A stretch of 64,000 nucleotides of DNA from Paragordius varius. Its lineage: Eukaryota > Animalia > Nematomorpha. The stretch lies in assembly GCA_964247055.1 (NCBI GenBank), contig OZ176054.1, positions 13,268,001 through 13,332,000 of the forward strand, written 5' to 3'. The translations under genes were made by a program, and so were the position numbers. Position 1 is the first letter of the stretch. Each line of letters begins with the position of its first letter. Below the pieces are notes generated by a model. The model saw nothing but the letters and a program-made list of their open reading frames with translations. It made no database searches and was not told the DNA's origin. Shown one piece after another: positions 1 through 14,068 of this stretch.

Positions 1-82
1 AGACAGAATCAATTATTGGTAAAAAATATGAGATTATAAAAGAGGCTGATGGGTTGGCTGCTATTAAATTGGATTATCCAGA

Positions 83-2006
83 TTAGCAATTGTTGCGGGA
101 ATGTTTAATAAGCCATTGAAGGGTAATATCTACAAAAAAATAAGGTTATAGGAACATTTTTAAGTTTCAATATAATATTAAATCAGCCAACAAAGTCCTG
201 TTTCCACCTCTAAGGACATGAAAATGCATATGATAAAGGCAAAATGACAAAGGCCATTTTATAATAATTTGTAATTAAAGTTGTAGAAAAGAGCACTTTT
301 TACGTAAAAAATCGTTTTAATAAATAAAGTGTGAATATGTGAATTATTTCGTGGTAAGAAAACTTACCTATCTACAATAAAATTCATAAAAATATGGGGT
401 TGATCCCAACAAGATAATAATTATACATTCAAAACAGTGAATGTGATCGCTTTTATATAGATATTTATGCCTACTTTGAATTAATAATTCTTTCTCTTAT
501 TTTATTATATTTTAACATTAAAACAAATTAAATTGGTTCAGTTAAAATAGATTTAGGATAATTTTGTTTAGATATTATCGTAAAGTGCGTACGATCCGAT
601 AATTAATAATATTTAGACCAGTCAAAAACTTTCACTAAATATCAGAGTATATATATATAAAAAACTATAATAATTTTGTTATAAAAAACTTTTTTTAGGG
701 TTTCTAACATTTTAACATTTAAATAATTAATGCATACCAATATTTTCTTTCTCTTTGCAGGATATAGAGTAACAACATATTTCCCGATCTTGAATCGCAG
801 ACAAATTTCTAAATATGTTGACAATCACAATTATTAACAAGAATATAATCTCAACAAATTTAAAAAAGTATAAAAAGTAAGTTACAATTTTTCAATCAAA
901 GTTTTTTCATCGTAGGAGTTGGGTAGGTCCTTTTTATTGCCTAAAACAAGTACAGGAATGTTTTGTAATTGAGGTTTGTTCAATAAGTTATGGAGTTCGT
1001 TGGCAGATGCTTGAATCTTTTCGTGATCAGCGCTATCTACCATATATCTATTTCCAACAAGCAAATAACTCATTATACATAAAACATTATAATATCCACC
1101 CCGCATTCAATAAAATTTTTATAAATAGCACTTATAAACCAATTAGATCGTGCTGGATAAATTATGCAGCTTTTCGATTTCGACAGTTAAATTTCAAAAA
1201 TATAAATATTTTAAACTTACTAGACTCGGGTATTATTGAGATTTCCCTTCATAGAAAACTTTAAAATAAACTAATAATTTTTTATTTTTTAAAAAAATTT
1301 TGAATAATTGTTAACAAAATAATAATTTATTAATCTTTTTAAAAAAGGGTCAGGATATTGAGGTGTGTATATTTGATACAATCGCGGTATAGTGGGTGTA
1401 GTGTATATAGGAGAATTAAATTAAAACACTTAAACAACATCAAAAAAATCATAAAATAAACGAAACTTAAAAAACTCTAAAACATGTTCAATACTAATTA
1501 GACAAAACTATTTACAAATGCGTTTAGAAGTGATTCAACTAAAAAAACATATTGCAAAATATAAGGTTTGCAAAAAAGATCTTAATAATGAGGAACAATA
1601 CACAATATTTTTAACTTAGGAATATGTTCTAGACTTTTTTCGATTTAATAGAGCATAACCCGTCTTTGTAGAGATAAAAAATAGGTCAAACTTACACTAT
1701 GGCATTAACTCCCCGACAATATCGTTCCCACATACTTCGAAACCGAGGTTGGCCCCCAATATCCCAAATCTTAATGGTAACATTCCCTTTCGTAATTTTG
1801 CGCATGTTAAAACCTACAGTTGGGATCATATCTTCCGTATATTGCCCTGACTACATAAATATGTTTAAAATTTATTGATTTACGGCAATGACGTTAACAA
1901 AAGTCGTTTTCCCAGAATATTGTAATCCAACCAATGTCAACTCCATTTCTTCCTTCCAAAACAAACTTCTGAACCAGTCTAAAATTTTGTTTAGCAGAGA
2001 CAACAT
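83..2006 (-). CDS. ARL8: ADP-ribosylation factor-like protein 8 (Arl8, lysosomal small GTPase); complete, 5 exons, 185 aa
   Basis: Exons (minus): 1884-2006, 1696-1850, 886-1047, 738-808, 83-129. All introns are GT-AG with matching phases; total 558 nt. The protein [100 protein letters not shown]...GNKKDL...[15 protein letters not shown] is near-identical to ARL8A/B as I recall them. Confidence 0.97.
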
Positions 2007-2512
2007 GCTAATCAGCTTGTAACTTTTATAGGATTGGTGAAAATAGACATTGTGTAGTGAATATAACAAATAACAATATAATTTTAACTTGTACAACAAA
2101 TATTTAGCAATTAATACAAATATGTTTGCAGAAGATTTCAGTATTCAATTCATTTTTAGGAAACTCTGGCACAAATAAAAATATTTATAAATTATTAACT
2201 CCAACAGCATATTACACCTATTATTTCGACACTTTATACATTTCGAATAGTTTACTGACCCAAAACAAGAAATTTTGATTTAATATTCTTTTATATCGAG
2301 GGAAATTTATAATATAATATCCTTTAGCGCTTAACACAGTGCTCTCATGGGGATAAAGTATCCTCATGAAATATCTGCTTGATAAAAAACCTATTCATTT
2401 TGCATTTTTAATAAATAAATTTGTTTTTTGATTAGCTAAATATTATAAAAAATGTTTAATAAAACCGAAACAAAATGGATATCATTTAACACTTGAATAT
2501 AACATTATTTCA

Positions 2513-4560
2513 GACCTTCGATTATGAGGGTCGTTTATTCCTAACCTGCTGATTAATACTGTAAAAAATATGAATCCATGGCAAATTACACTTACATAAC
2601 TTTATTGAAAAATATTAAAATTAATTCAAAAATACTTGAAATTATTTATATAATGGGAACACGTAAAAATTTAGTCAACATGACATGCGTGCCTTAGCAA
2701 AATATAGAAAAATTATATAAAATAAATCATTCTGTTACTATCAATGTTCAATATGAAATAAGAAATTACATCTGCTTTATATTACCACTTCGATTCAAAT
2801 TGGGGTATTTAAATACCCCAGCTTAAATTTGAGTTAGGATTTTAAAAACCACAGAAGGAAACGGTTTCAATTTAAATTTATGCTTCTATCCTAATAAAGT
2901 TATATGAATATGCCAAAATCTAATTGTCTGACTAAAAGTTCCATGTCAAACTACTTACGCCATTTTTACAAACATTTTGCAAAATATCGTTTTCATTCAT
3001 TTTTTAGGGCGAAATTAAAGCTAATTTTTTATTTAAATTACATCTAACATTGATACAAATAAAAAAAGCGGTTTATTATTTTCCAATTTTACTATTGCTC
3101 ACATGTCATGTTGACTAAATTTCTACATATCGGTTTTAGCTTAAAATAAGTAATATCAAATATTTTTGAATAAATTTTTTATAATTCGGTTTATTAATGT
3201 TATAGTAGAAAATTTTGCCATGGTTTCGATTCATTCCATATTTTTAGAAGAATTTAATTTTAAACAGGCCTCACTTGGATGCAACACATTCATTTTAACA
3301 CTTGGATACAACACACTCATTTTAGTCCTTCGATTCAAATTGGGGTAGTTGGATACCCCAGGCTTGTTTAAAATTAATTCTTTAAAAAATATGGAAGGAA
3401 TCAAAACCATGGCAAAATTTTGCACTTATCTAACATTAATAAACCGAAATATATAAAAAAAATTATTCAAAAATACTTGATATTACTTATTTTAAGCTAA
3501 AACCGAAAGGTAAAAATTTCGTCAACGTGACATGTGTCAAATTGTAAAATTGAAAAAAATATACAAACTAAACCGCTTTTTCTATTTCTATCAATGTTAG
3601 ATGTAATTTATATAAAAAATTAGCTTTAGTTTTACCCTTAAAATTAAATAAAGACAATATTTTGCCAAAATTTTTGTAAAAAAAATGGCGTCGAAGTAGT
3701 TTGAGATGGAGCTTTTTTTTTCAAAACAAAATTTTATCAAGATGTTTTGGCATATTTATATAATATTTATCAGGATAGAAGCATAAATTTAAATTGGGAC
3801 CGTTTCCTTCAGTAGTTTTTTAAAATTAATAATTTAATTTTAGTCTGGGGTATTTAGATACCCCAATTTGAATCGAAGTGTTAATTCAAATTGGGGCCAA
3901 AAAATATGGGAGGAATTAAAACCATAGCAAAAGTTTGCATTTATAATAATCAACCAAAATATTAAATATTCATTTATAATAATTGATATACTTATTTTTA
4001 GGTGATACTCAAAAGGAAATACTAATTAGTCAATAAGACATGTCTTTATTACAAAACTTAAAAATAATACAAAATAAACCACTTTTTTGGTTTTTATCAA
4101 TATTACATGTAATTTAAATAAAAATATAACTTTAATTTTAGTTTAAAATTAAAAAAAACCGCGATATTTTGCAAAAATATTGTAAAATAAAAATGGCGTC
4201 GTGTGATACACTTTTTCAAAACTAAATTTTATTATGATAATTCAGCTTATTTGCATAATTTTTACTAGGAAAGCATAATTGAATTGGGACTGTTTCTTTT
4301 AGTACTTTTTTGAAACATCAACCTAAATATAGTCTGATATCCTAAATCGAAGTGTAATTACGATGTTTTGCTTTGTAAAATAAAATGGCGTCGAAATGGT
4401 TTGATACGGAACTTTTTTAAAACTAAATCTTATTTAAATATTCGTGTATAATCATATAATTTTTATTAGGATAGAAACAAATTTAAATTGGGACCGTTTC
4501 TTTCAGTACTTTTTAAAATAATGTATTCTGGGGTATTTAGATACCCCAAGAATCAAAGTG
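2513..4560. mobile_element. Cluster of five piggyBac-like MITE copies (family D, about 555 bp): about 2513-2783, 2786-3270 (inverted), 3326-3880, 3885-4354, 4362-4560
   Basis: TIR CACTTCGATTCAAATTGGGGTA. Right ends read GAAGTG|TTAA (3880) and AAAGTG|TTAA (4560). Internal blocks such as AAATGGCGTCG and TTGGGACCGTTTC are shared. No ORF. Confidence 0.8.
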
Positions 4561-5486
4561 TTAAAGGCGAAGACTCGCAAGAAAAATTAAAAATATTTTA
4601 ACTATGACATTAAAATATTTGAAAGTTTTGATTATTAATCTATAAATATTGTTAAAGGGATTTATGGTATTTTGGGGCATGGTAGAAACATTTAAGCCAC
4701 ATATTTATATCAATGAAACTGCCTCTATGACTACAGTTTTTTATAAATATTTTTATAAAATTTAAATATTATAAACGGGCATCGAAATCTCAGACTTTTT
4801 CGTCCTTTTGAGCTCTCAAATGAATGCAAAAATGCCGATATTTGGAATGGCCACAAAAAATATTTTTAAAAAAAAGCATGCTTTGATTTAACCAATTTTT
4901 AGCAAATTTTTACCCGTAATTTATAATTTGGGCATGATTAAAACCATATAAAACTTAATATATGAGGCCACTTTTAATTTTATTAAATGATGCTCAACAT
5001 TTCAATCACCTCAGATTTTGGTTATAATTTGTTTCGACTTCGTTTTTTTTAATTTAAAAACAGCAAATAAACCATCCAATTAGTCTGTGCACAAGTGGCA
5101 GCATTATCAAATGCCATAGAAAACGTGTTTCATAATTATATATTAAAACATTTTATATCGTTACCACTAGGCTTCCAAATTCCATAAAACTTAATTAACC
5201 AAAATTTTGAGTTAAATGAACCAATTTTTCGGGAAAAACTTTTTTGATGTCAAATTACCATGTATTTTTTATCTCGTCTTGGCATTTTTGAGTTTATTTT
5301 AAAGAACTACCGTTTTATAACCAAAAAATTTCCTCAGAGGACTATGTCTAAAAATTAAAATTTTTTTATATTGTTTTGCTTTTTATATATATATATGTAT
5401 ATTAGTGATAGTATTAGTCTTTACCATTCACCATATCAGCATATTCTGCCATTTTCTGATATGGAGCAATTATGACAAAATTGGAG

Positions 5487-5744
5487 AAAAAGTTGAAATC
5501 ATACCTACAAAACGTAAAAATATATAGACAAAATTTTTTTCTAAAATACAGCCCTATTTTTTTAACCTTAATTTTTTTTACATAAACTACTTGATTTTTT
5601 ATATGATATAAATGAGTGTTTTAACAAACATATATCAAAACAATTAGCAATTTTTGAATAAAATGAATTTAAAATATGGTTGTCTTTAAAAAATATTTGT
5701 CTTTATATTTTTACGTTTTGTCCGTATAATTATAATTTTTACTG
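5487..5744. mobile_element. Tc1/pogo-type MITE family A (degenerate copy)
   Basis: Right TIR ATGGTTGTCTTT...GTTTTGTCCGTATAATT..TTTTTACTG|TA; degenerate left TIR. Confidence 0.75.
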
Positions 5745-5922
5745 TATTTTGCAAAGTAATTATTATAAACTTGGATTTTATATTTTCTTTAAACCTAAAT
5801 TAAAAATTAATTTTTATCGTTTCCTGATAGAAAAGATAAAAAAATTAATATATACATACTAAATTTGTGGCCTATTTTTTTAAATCATCAATTAAATCAA
5901 AACCCGGCTGATTCATCATAAA

Positions 5923-7569
5923 GGGTCGGGTGATAAAAAACTTTTTTTGACTTGACTTGCAAGTTTTTCAAGTCATGGCTTGCTTTCATGTGATAAAAAA
6001 ATTTAACATTACACGACTTAAGTCAAGCAAGAAAACTTGATAAGGAGGTGATAAAAAATCATATGTTCAAGTAAAACTTAAAGATTTTGCAAGTGTGGTG
6101 TAGGGCACACTTGAAAGATTTAAAAATATGGATAAAATTATTTTGGAAACTATTTATATACAAAATTTAGGTTTTATATGTAATTCAAACCTTTATTAAT
6201 GCTATAAATTGTTAATTTGATAAATTTTGGCTAATTAATCTATTCATTGGGTGGATACAAAAGAGGATAAATTTATAGAAAAACTCTGCTAATATTAAAT
6301 AACATGGCACATAAAAATATGCTAAATATATCAATTCCGTGACCGCAAAAAAAATTGGATTCTAGAAAATTTCTCAAAATCTATATATTTATAAAAATGG
6401 AAAATGCTGGCTTTGTGATCTGGTACAGGAAAAACGGTAGACCCATTAAAATCCAAACTTCGAAAAAATATAATCATTAATGAATGCCCCGACAATAGCT
6501 TCGCTCTTTTTTTTGAAATAGGCCCCCAGTTCGGGCCCACCCCGTGTGAAAAACGGTTTTTTTTTAAAACAGAAGTCCACAAAAATCGTGTCTTTGAGAC
6601 AATTTTCTGGAGAACGTGTTGGACCATTCAATTTCAAATTATGATTTTTGTTTACTTATTTTCGATTGCGCCGAACATAGTCGAGTCACTTTTTTGATTT
6701 AGCCCTCTTTTTACCCGCTACCCCCGTAAAATGCCATTTTTTTTAAAAAACAAAGTCCACAAAAATAATTTTTTAAATCTATTTTTCGCCCTAGGTATGA
6801 GACCGTAAAAATTCAATATGGATTCCACGTATTCACTGTTAAAAGGCAAAAATTTTAGTCAGGCGTTTCTATGATGATAGCTGCTGGGTAAGGAGCTACC
6901 CGCTAAAAATTGATTTCTCATGTAATTTTGTGATCTGTTTTTTCGAAAACCGGTAGACCCATTCAAATCCAAACTTCGAACCCCCCCCTCGGGCTGCGTA
7001 GCAGCACGAGATTTACGCTAGTTAATAATTAAATATTAATCTTGTAAAATTTCAATTCTTCGTTTAAAAGCAAAACTTCACTTTTATCCAATGTAAAGAA
7101 TATATTTCATCATAAATTTATTTCGAATGTAATGTTGATAATAAACATCTTCCCATTATATTAGCAAATGGACTCCAAACAAAATGAGTAGTTTGGTAAA
7201 ATAATGGAAAGTGTTTTAAGGGCGAATGGTTTCATCAATCTAAAAAATATTACCTGCTCAATATTTAGAAAACTCTATAATATTAAATAAGATACGTACC
7301 AGTGAGTTTGAAAATCAATAAATGCATATTGTATTAATTGTTAATCTTTTTGTGCCTTATTTCATAAATTTTAGCTGAAAATGATCAAAAAAATTTGCAT
7401 AAAATTTGAATTGGGTGGCAAAAAACTGTTACATTCATAAGCAAAAGACTTGACTTAAGTGTTTTTTTTATCACCAATCTTCAAGTGTAGACTTGCTGGC
7501 TTAAGTAATCTTGCGCAACTTGCCTCGCTTGGCTTACAAGTCAAGTGCGACTTTTTTATCACCCCACCC
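5923..7569. mobile_element. Non-autonomous TIR element, PIF/Harbinger-like, interrupted by a Helitron
   Basis: The left end GGGTCGGGTGATAAAAAA..GACTTGACTTG is the inverted match of the right end CAAGTCAAGTGCGACTTTTTTATCACCCCACCC. Both ends are flanked by AAA (3-bp TSD-like) and carry subterminal GACTTG/CAAGTC motifs. The superfamily is inferred only from the GGG termini and 3-bp TSD. Confidence 0.6.
6331..7021 (+). mobile_element. Non-autonomous Helitron (691 bp)
   Basis: Starts A|TC at 6331 and ends CTAG|T at 7021. A GC-rich hairpin CTCGGGCTGCGTAGCAGCACGAG (6988-7010) lies just upstream of the CTAG, and there is no TSD. A homologous inverted sequence occurs at 46500-46910. Confidence 0.75.
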
Positions 7570-7890
7570 AAAATCAAAGGTTGATTTTCAAATTCTTAAA
7601 TTAAAATTGTGGGGTTTTCCCAATCTGAAAAACAATCGTTTATTGTGGGGAATGGCTTAAATATTAAAAACTCTTGGTTCAGATAATCTCATTTTGTTAA
7701 TCTGGCCTAAATGCGATGATATTAGCAGAATATTTGGGTAAAAAGGGGAACAAATGTCTGTTTATCAGAATAACCATTCAGGCAGATTCTTAATCATAAG
7801 AGTTAAGTTTTCTTAATTTTTAATCAATCATAATTAAAAAATTAAATTTCAAGCAATTATTTAATTACAATTTCTATATCATATTAAGTA

Positions 7891-8128
7891 CAGTAAAAAT
7901 TGAAATTATGCGGACTAAACGTAAAAATATAAAGACAAATATTTATTAAATATATATGATTGTTTAATATTGCAAATGAGATGTATAATGATGAAACAAT
8001 CAATTATATATTTTACGATTGTAATTAAATAATTTAAATGGGAAAATTGTTTAAAAATGGTTGTCTTTTAATTAAAAATATTTGTGTTTATATTTTTACC
8101 TTTTGTCCGTATAATTTCAATTTGTCTG
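7891..8128. mobile_element. Tc1/pogo-type MITE family A
   Basis: TA|CAGTAAAAATTGAAATTATGCGGAC ... GTCCGTATAATTTCAATTTGTCTG|TA; long (about 60-90 bp) TIRs. Confidence 0.85.
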
Positions 8129-10438
8129 TAAAATTAAATATACTAATGAAATGATCCCTCTTTAATAATTTTTTTAGATTTTATAAAAAATTTAATATTA
8201 TATGACCTAACAAATTTAATTATATTTTTAAATATTATGCGCCCAAATAGACGTCTTAGTATTTAAAAGCTGTATTTTGCCAAGCGCAAATACGCAAAAA
8301 CTAGAAAATAAATTAATATTTTTATAATTAAATGACAAAAAACCCCAAAACGATATAAATATAATGCAATATTTAAAAAATATTATATTGTGACATTTTG
8401 CGTGTGGATTATTTTTTTACACAATAAATATTAAAGAATATTGGGAATATATTAATCTTTTCTCATTTTTAATTTAATACTTATGACACAAAACACCATA
8501 AATTTTTGTCTATTGAAATGTGGAGCTTATTATATTAATTATATTATTAGTAATATGTTATTGTATTAAAAATGGAATATATACTACATTATTTTGTGAT
8601 TTAAGCAAAATCCTACCCATACAGGCATGGTTTATTAAAGCAAAAACATTCATATTTTTCTAACAATGATGAAAATAAATGAAAAATTTTAGCATCCTAA
8701 TATTGTATGTATGTATGTATGTATTTAGAAACAGATTGCAGCATGTTTTTAATGTAAGAAAAAGTGGAATTTATTAGATTAGAGATAGGATTAGTTTCAT
8801 AAAGTTTTTTAGACTACACATATGTAAGAATCTAATAAAATAATATGCGTTGTGATTAGGAATAAATATTAAACATATAATTTAACGTTTTTGATTTTAA
8901 GCTTCGCAAAATTATTTGTAATACCTCTTCCAACTACTATTTTGATATTTGAATTTTTAAATTATATCCTTAATATTATAATCAATACCTCTATCTTACT
9001 TTTTAACCACCTAAATTTATCACAAATACTGTATAATATTTTAATGATAGATTTTCAACGCGAACCGTTATAAAATTTCCAATATTCTTTTTAAGGTAAT
9101 TTTAGTCTTTCGAATGTGTAGTGTAGGAGGAGTTTTTTTGTTATTATTAAAAAACTGTCTAAGAATCACTCTGTATAGGGCTTTTTTCAATTGACGTTTA
9201 AAACTATTTTTTAGTTTAGCATATTCAGAATCGGAATGCACCATTTCTAAATAAAAATCTGATTTTGCCTTTTATTTCTTTACGTCACAACTTACGTATA
9301 TATCATTGAATAAATTATCTCCTTAATTTGCTCTCGTCTTTTCTGCAATAACATAAAAAAATCAACAATGAAGTTAACCATACATGTATATATCTACATC
9401 TATTTATTAGAGCTATAGAAATGCTGCGACTATTACTTGTTTGTGTGAAATGAGTAACTAAACACTATACCCCGAAGTATATTATATTATGCCATAATTT
9501 GATTTTTTATATACACCTGTATCTATTTATTCTAAAAATACTTAAAGTTTGATAAGTATTAAAATGTAACATAGGACGTCCAATTATATTTGCCTTACTT
9601 TTATATGAAGAATTTACCAGATTTGCTAAAACAGAGTTGATGTAAAAACGTTTTATACTCAAATGATAAGATATAGCAGTCGATATGTTCTAATATTATA
9701 ATGAATTTTATACTAGTGAAATCTCATTTGGATCGACTTATTTGTTTAAATATTTGAACATATGTAGACGAGGTATAATGGTTTTAAATTAATTATATAA
9801 TAAATATTTAAATTAAAGATCCTATTGGCACTTTCAAATTTTTTTTTGTGTTGGCCTTTCCATAGCAACTTAACAGAAATTGTAAAACCTTGTTCGCTAG
9901 TGTAATCTAATTGTTCCAACGTACTTCTTTGAAAAGGGTGGATTTTTATATTAAAGCAGTTGTTTTTTTGAAAGTTTGGTTATTTGATTAATATTCGATA
10001 TACTACAATAATTTATTTTTTGACACAAATATTAAATCAATATTTAATAATATAAATTACTTTTTATATTTATTAATTCCTCCATTTCATAGCCACCGAG
10101 CAAGTTATATCATGTGTTCTTTTAATAACGGTGTTTATATAAAAATATTGATATTTATCACCGCAAGATTCCTTATATTATATATTATTTAAATGATTTT
10201 TGCATTTAGGTGCTTCACTATATTAGCTGAGCATATGGCAACATTAAGATTAAAAGTTATTTAGGTTTTCTGTTTAAATTATAAAATGCCTAAAATATAA
10301 ATATATTTTGTAAAATAATACATTGCTTGATTTACCGACAAAATATTCCACTCAATAATAATTCTAAAAAATTAAAGTATTAGCTAATAAATGAGTATTC
10401 AGATATATTTGGAAATGTTGAATGGCTTGGCCGAAATA

Positions 10439-10627
10439 CAGTATGAGTAAGTATACATTGCTAGAAAGTTAATAATTACAGCAAATAGCATGTACAACAA
10501 AGGGCAATCGGCTTATAGTTATTTTTTTCCCTTTTTTAATATTATTAGCCAATATTAATTCTCTTTGCTGCATATGCTATTTGGCAATAATTGATAGCTT
10601 TATAGCAATATATACCTACTCATACTG
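10439..10627. mobile_element. Single-copy (in window) 189-bp foldback MITE, Tc1-like CAGT termini
   Basis: The left arm TA|CAGTATGAGTAAGTATACATTGCTAGAAAG...CAAATAGCATG is the inverted match of the right arm ending GCAATATATACCTACTCATACTG; imperfect TIR of about 70 bp. Confidence 0.8.
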
Positions 10628-13600
10628 CAAAACAGAACCAGATATTTTAACGTTTTATTTATGAATGACGAAACACTTTATTATCCCAAATGATTTAAAT
10701 CTTTTAAAAATAAGAATCTTGACTAAGATATTATTCGTTTTCTTGTGCAAAAAAATTTATTTACAGTTAGAGCATTTGAATAGGTACCAAATTCAACCTA
10801 AATACAAACAGATAATCTAAGCCCAAAATATCGATTAAGTACTAGGCTTTGACTCATTTAAATATCGGATCAAGGCTTATTCTCATAAGCCTAAGTATTT
10901 AAATAGGTTAAAATTTTCATTTTTAAGGCTAGAATCATTTATTTCTAACAATTTCTCACTACATCGTTTCATCTTTTATAAGAGCACTCGCTTATAAAAT
11001 CACTTTCAGGAAATTTTAATTTAGTACTTCCTGAGTCTCATAATCCGATTATAAGGCTTTTTATTTCATTCCCATTTAATCGTCTTTTCTTAAATGACAC
11101 AAAGTGATCTAAAACCAAAGCTAATAAATCAATACCAAATTTTTTGAAGATTTAAAACAACATAACATTCCCTTTCAAAAAAACCCTTAAACACTTGAAT
11201 ATAATTCCAAAATTAATTTTTAAATTTTCTTAAAATATGTAACTTGTCACATCACAGTTATTAATTAAAATATATGCAACAGTTTATTGACTTTTCTCTT
11301 AAAACTAAAAAGTACGACACACACCCTTTTAAAATTAAAATATAGCAAAGAAACACAAAAATATTAAGATTTTTAATTAATCTTTTGTGGTTTATCATCA
11401 AAATTTTAACTTAAACATTGCATTATTAAAATTATTATATATAAAAGGTTGTTAATAATTCACAAAAAAACGAAAATTTTGCAGAAGCAGTCATTATATA
11501 ATATATGAATATTATTTATATAATTTGATCAATTGTGATATTTTTATCAGAGAATATATATATATATATATATGTATTATATTAATTATGCTGATATTAA
11601 TTGGTATTTTGTATTTTTGTATTTTTTTTACAAATCTAAAAATATTTTTAAATGTATTGCTTATTAAAATATTACAAAAGTTTAACTATTGATTTGCGCA
11701 AAAAATATAACAAAAGTGTTTGTTATTGGGTTAAGATTTAAGCGTGTTTAATATACTAACAAGTATTTTTATCGCTAAAATCCCTTCCTTTATTTTTTTT
11801 TATTCAAAAAATGGGTTTCCTTTTGAAAATTTTATGAAATTAAAAAAAATGTTTTATTGTACTTACAATCTCTATTATATCATTATTCCCTCTTTTATAA
11901 ATCTCTAAAACCAAACATGCAAAAATGTGGTTTTTTCAATACTTAGATTAGAAAAAATATCAATATGGAAAAGATTCATTCCCCATGATTAATATATAGA
12001 TATAAGAATAATAATGATATATTTGTGCGTTTTGTAATGTTTTTTATGCTTAAGAAAAGCCTTGTCTTTTTGATTAGTAAGAAGTAGTAACATTAAACGA
12101 CTTGGAGATTTAAGAGAAGCTGGCAAAATAAAAAGTTAGATATTTTTACGATAAAAATATTTTACTATAAGAAATGAAACTGTGTACACTATCTATACAG
12201 CAGAATAGATTAAAAGATTATGTATTTTTCCTTCCTTACTTACTTACTTGGAAAAAAGAAGAGCAAAAGCTTAACTTTTATAAGAGATATTGTATTTATA
12301 TTTATGTTTAGTGTGTGTGAGTGTTTTAAGTTAAAAAAATCTGATAAAAACTCAATGAAGATTTAATTTTTCCTATCCTTTAAATATTCTAATATTTCAT
12401 CTCTTGATTTATTTAATATTCACGCCAAGCTATATTTCGATGCTAAAAAAGTAAAATTGTTCCTCACAACAACGCACCCCTTACATGAAAATTAATTATT
12501 TATTCTTGTTAGCACAATCCTTTACATCTTCCCGATATAAAGCTAGTTATTCCAAATAAGGTAAAAAATTTAACATATATTTAGCCATTAAAGATAATTA
12601 CTTAACGTTAAAAATATTTTTGGTTTTTCAGCAATAGCGATTCAAGTTTCTATCCTTTCAAACTTTTATTGTTACAAATTGTACACAATTTCCAACGAAT
12701 TTGAATGTTATTAGATTTCAAATCTATTTTAAAAACTCAATATTAGGGTGTATAATTTTATAAATCCTCAGTTAATATAGCAATTCCTATTTCGTAAACT
12801 TACTTTCGCTAGTTTGTTGGCTTAAATTTGCCAGATATCAGCTTGACAGCTTTGTTTTGGTTAGATTGTCGATAGAAATAATTTACGATAATACCACAAT
12901 GGACGAAATCGGGACTGATAACAAAATATCCCGATAAATTACACATATATTTTAGTGGAAAAATTTTGGGTTTCATCAAAAAGTAATTTCTATTGGCAAT
13001 TGCCCCATATCAAGAAATTCGCGTAAATCATATTAATTAAATTTGTTAAGTTGAAACACTTCGTATCAAAACATCAAATTATTTAGTATTTTAAAAATGT
13101 TTGAATCAAATATTTCATTAATCCTGACAAACACATTTTTGAAACCCGATATGAGCTAATCATCCTAACAAAAAGAGCCGATATTTTGCCATAAGAATTA
13201 AGGATAAATGAAAATATCAGAATAAATTGATTAAAAACGCTTGCGCTTTTGAATCAAATTCTTTTAAGTCTATTTCATCGCATTTTGATGCAAACTGGAA
13301 TCCACATAAAAACACTTAACATAAAACAAAACTTCCGTTTCTAAACCTTTTCATCGCATAAAATATATTTATATTTTTGATTTTAAAATAGATTTCATGA
13401 AGATCCAAAAAACAGATTTATAATGTTGTTTAATTGGTTTCTTACTTTATTGTTTATTTTTTTCAACAAAATTTTGCTACTAATTTTACAAAAAATGCAT
13501 TTGTTTAAATTTATTTGGAGACTTATAAAGTAAAAAATTCCTCTGATCTTAAGCTTTGAAATTAAGTTTAACAAGCACGTTTAATTGTATAAAATAAGAG

Positions 13601-13718
13601 TTTAACCCTATGTATTATTATCTAAATGAATTTTTAAGTTTTTTATAAAAAATTAATCATTAAGGTAATTTATAGATGTTTTTTTTATTTTATACCCATT
13701 GTTTAATTCTTCTGTTAA

Positions 13719-14068
13719 CACTCCATTACCTTTTGGCGTAGTTTTATATCCCAGAGCGATTTAAAAGTATTTAAGGTATACAGCCGAATTTAAAATATGT
13801 TGCTTTCTTTAGCCTTTTAGGTGCATTTTGTATATTTTTAAAAAATTCCTCATCTCAAACTTTTTTGCCGCCCATTTTTTATAGATTGTTTTTTTAATTA
13901 GCTAATACAACAGGCAAACAAATTTATATAATGGTTAAATGTAAATAATTAACTTTTAAAGATTTCATCCTACATTTTACCAGCAAAAAATTGTTAATTT
14001 TTGATTTTGATATCAGCTGTTTGGTTTCAATCGTGTTTTGGCCTTAGATTTCTGAGGTCACAAAAGTG
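13719..14068. mobile_element. piggyBac-like MITE family G (other copies about 17468-18002 inverted, 22875-23190, 57566-57670)
   Basis: TTAA|CAC start with GG(G/C)G(T/C)AGTTTTATAT.(C)AGAGC. The internal CATTTTACCAGCAAAAA is shared with 23145 and, inverted, with 17680. The copy at 17468-18002 ends GAG|TTAA. Confidence 0.65.

Noticed and set aside
3166-3425. Short ORFs at 3166, 3231, 5680, 6331, 6446, 15741, 22150, 34874, 42823, 49287
   Set aside because: They fall inside MITEs or the Helitron; chance frames in repeats.
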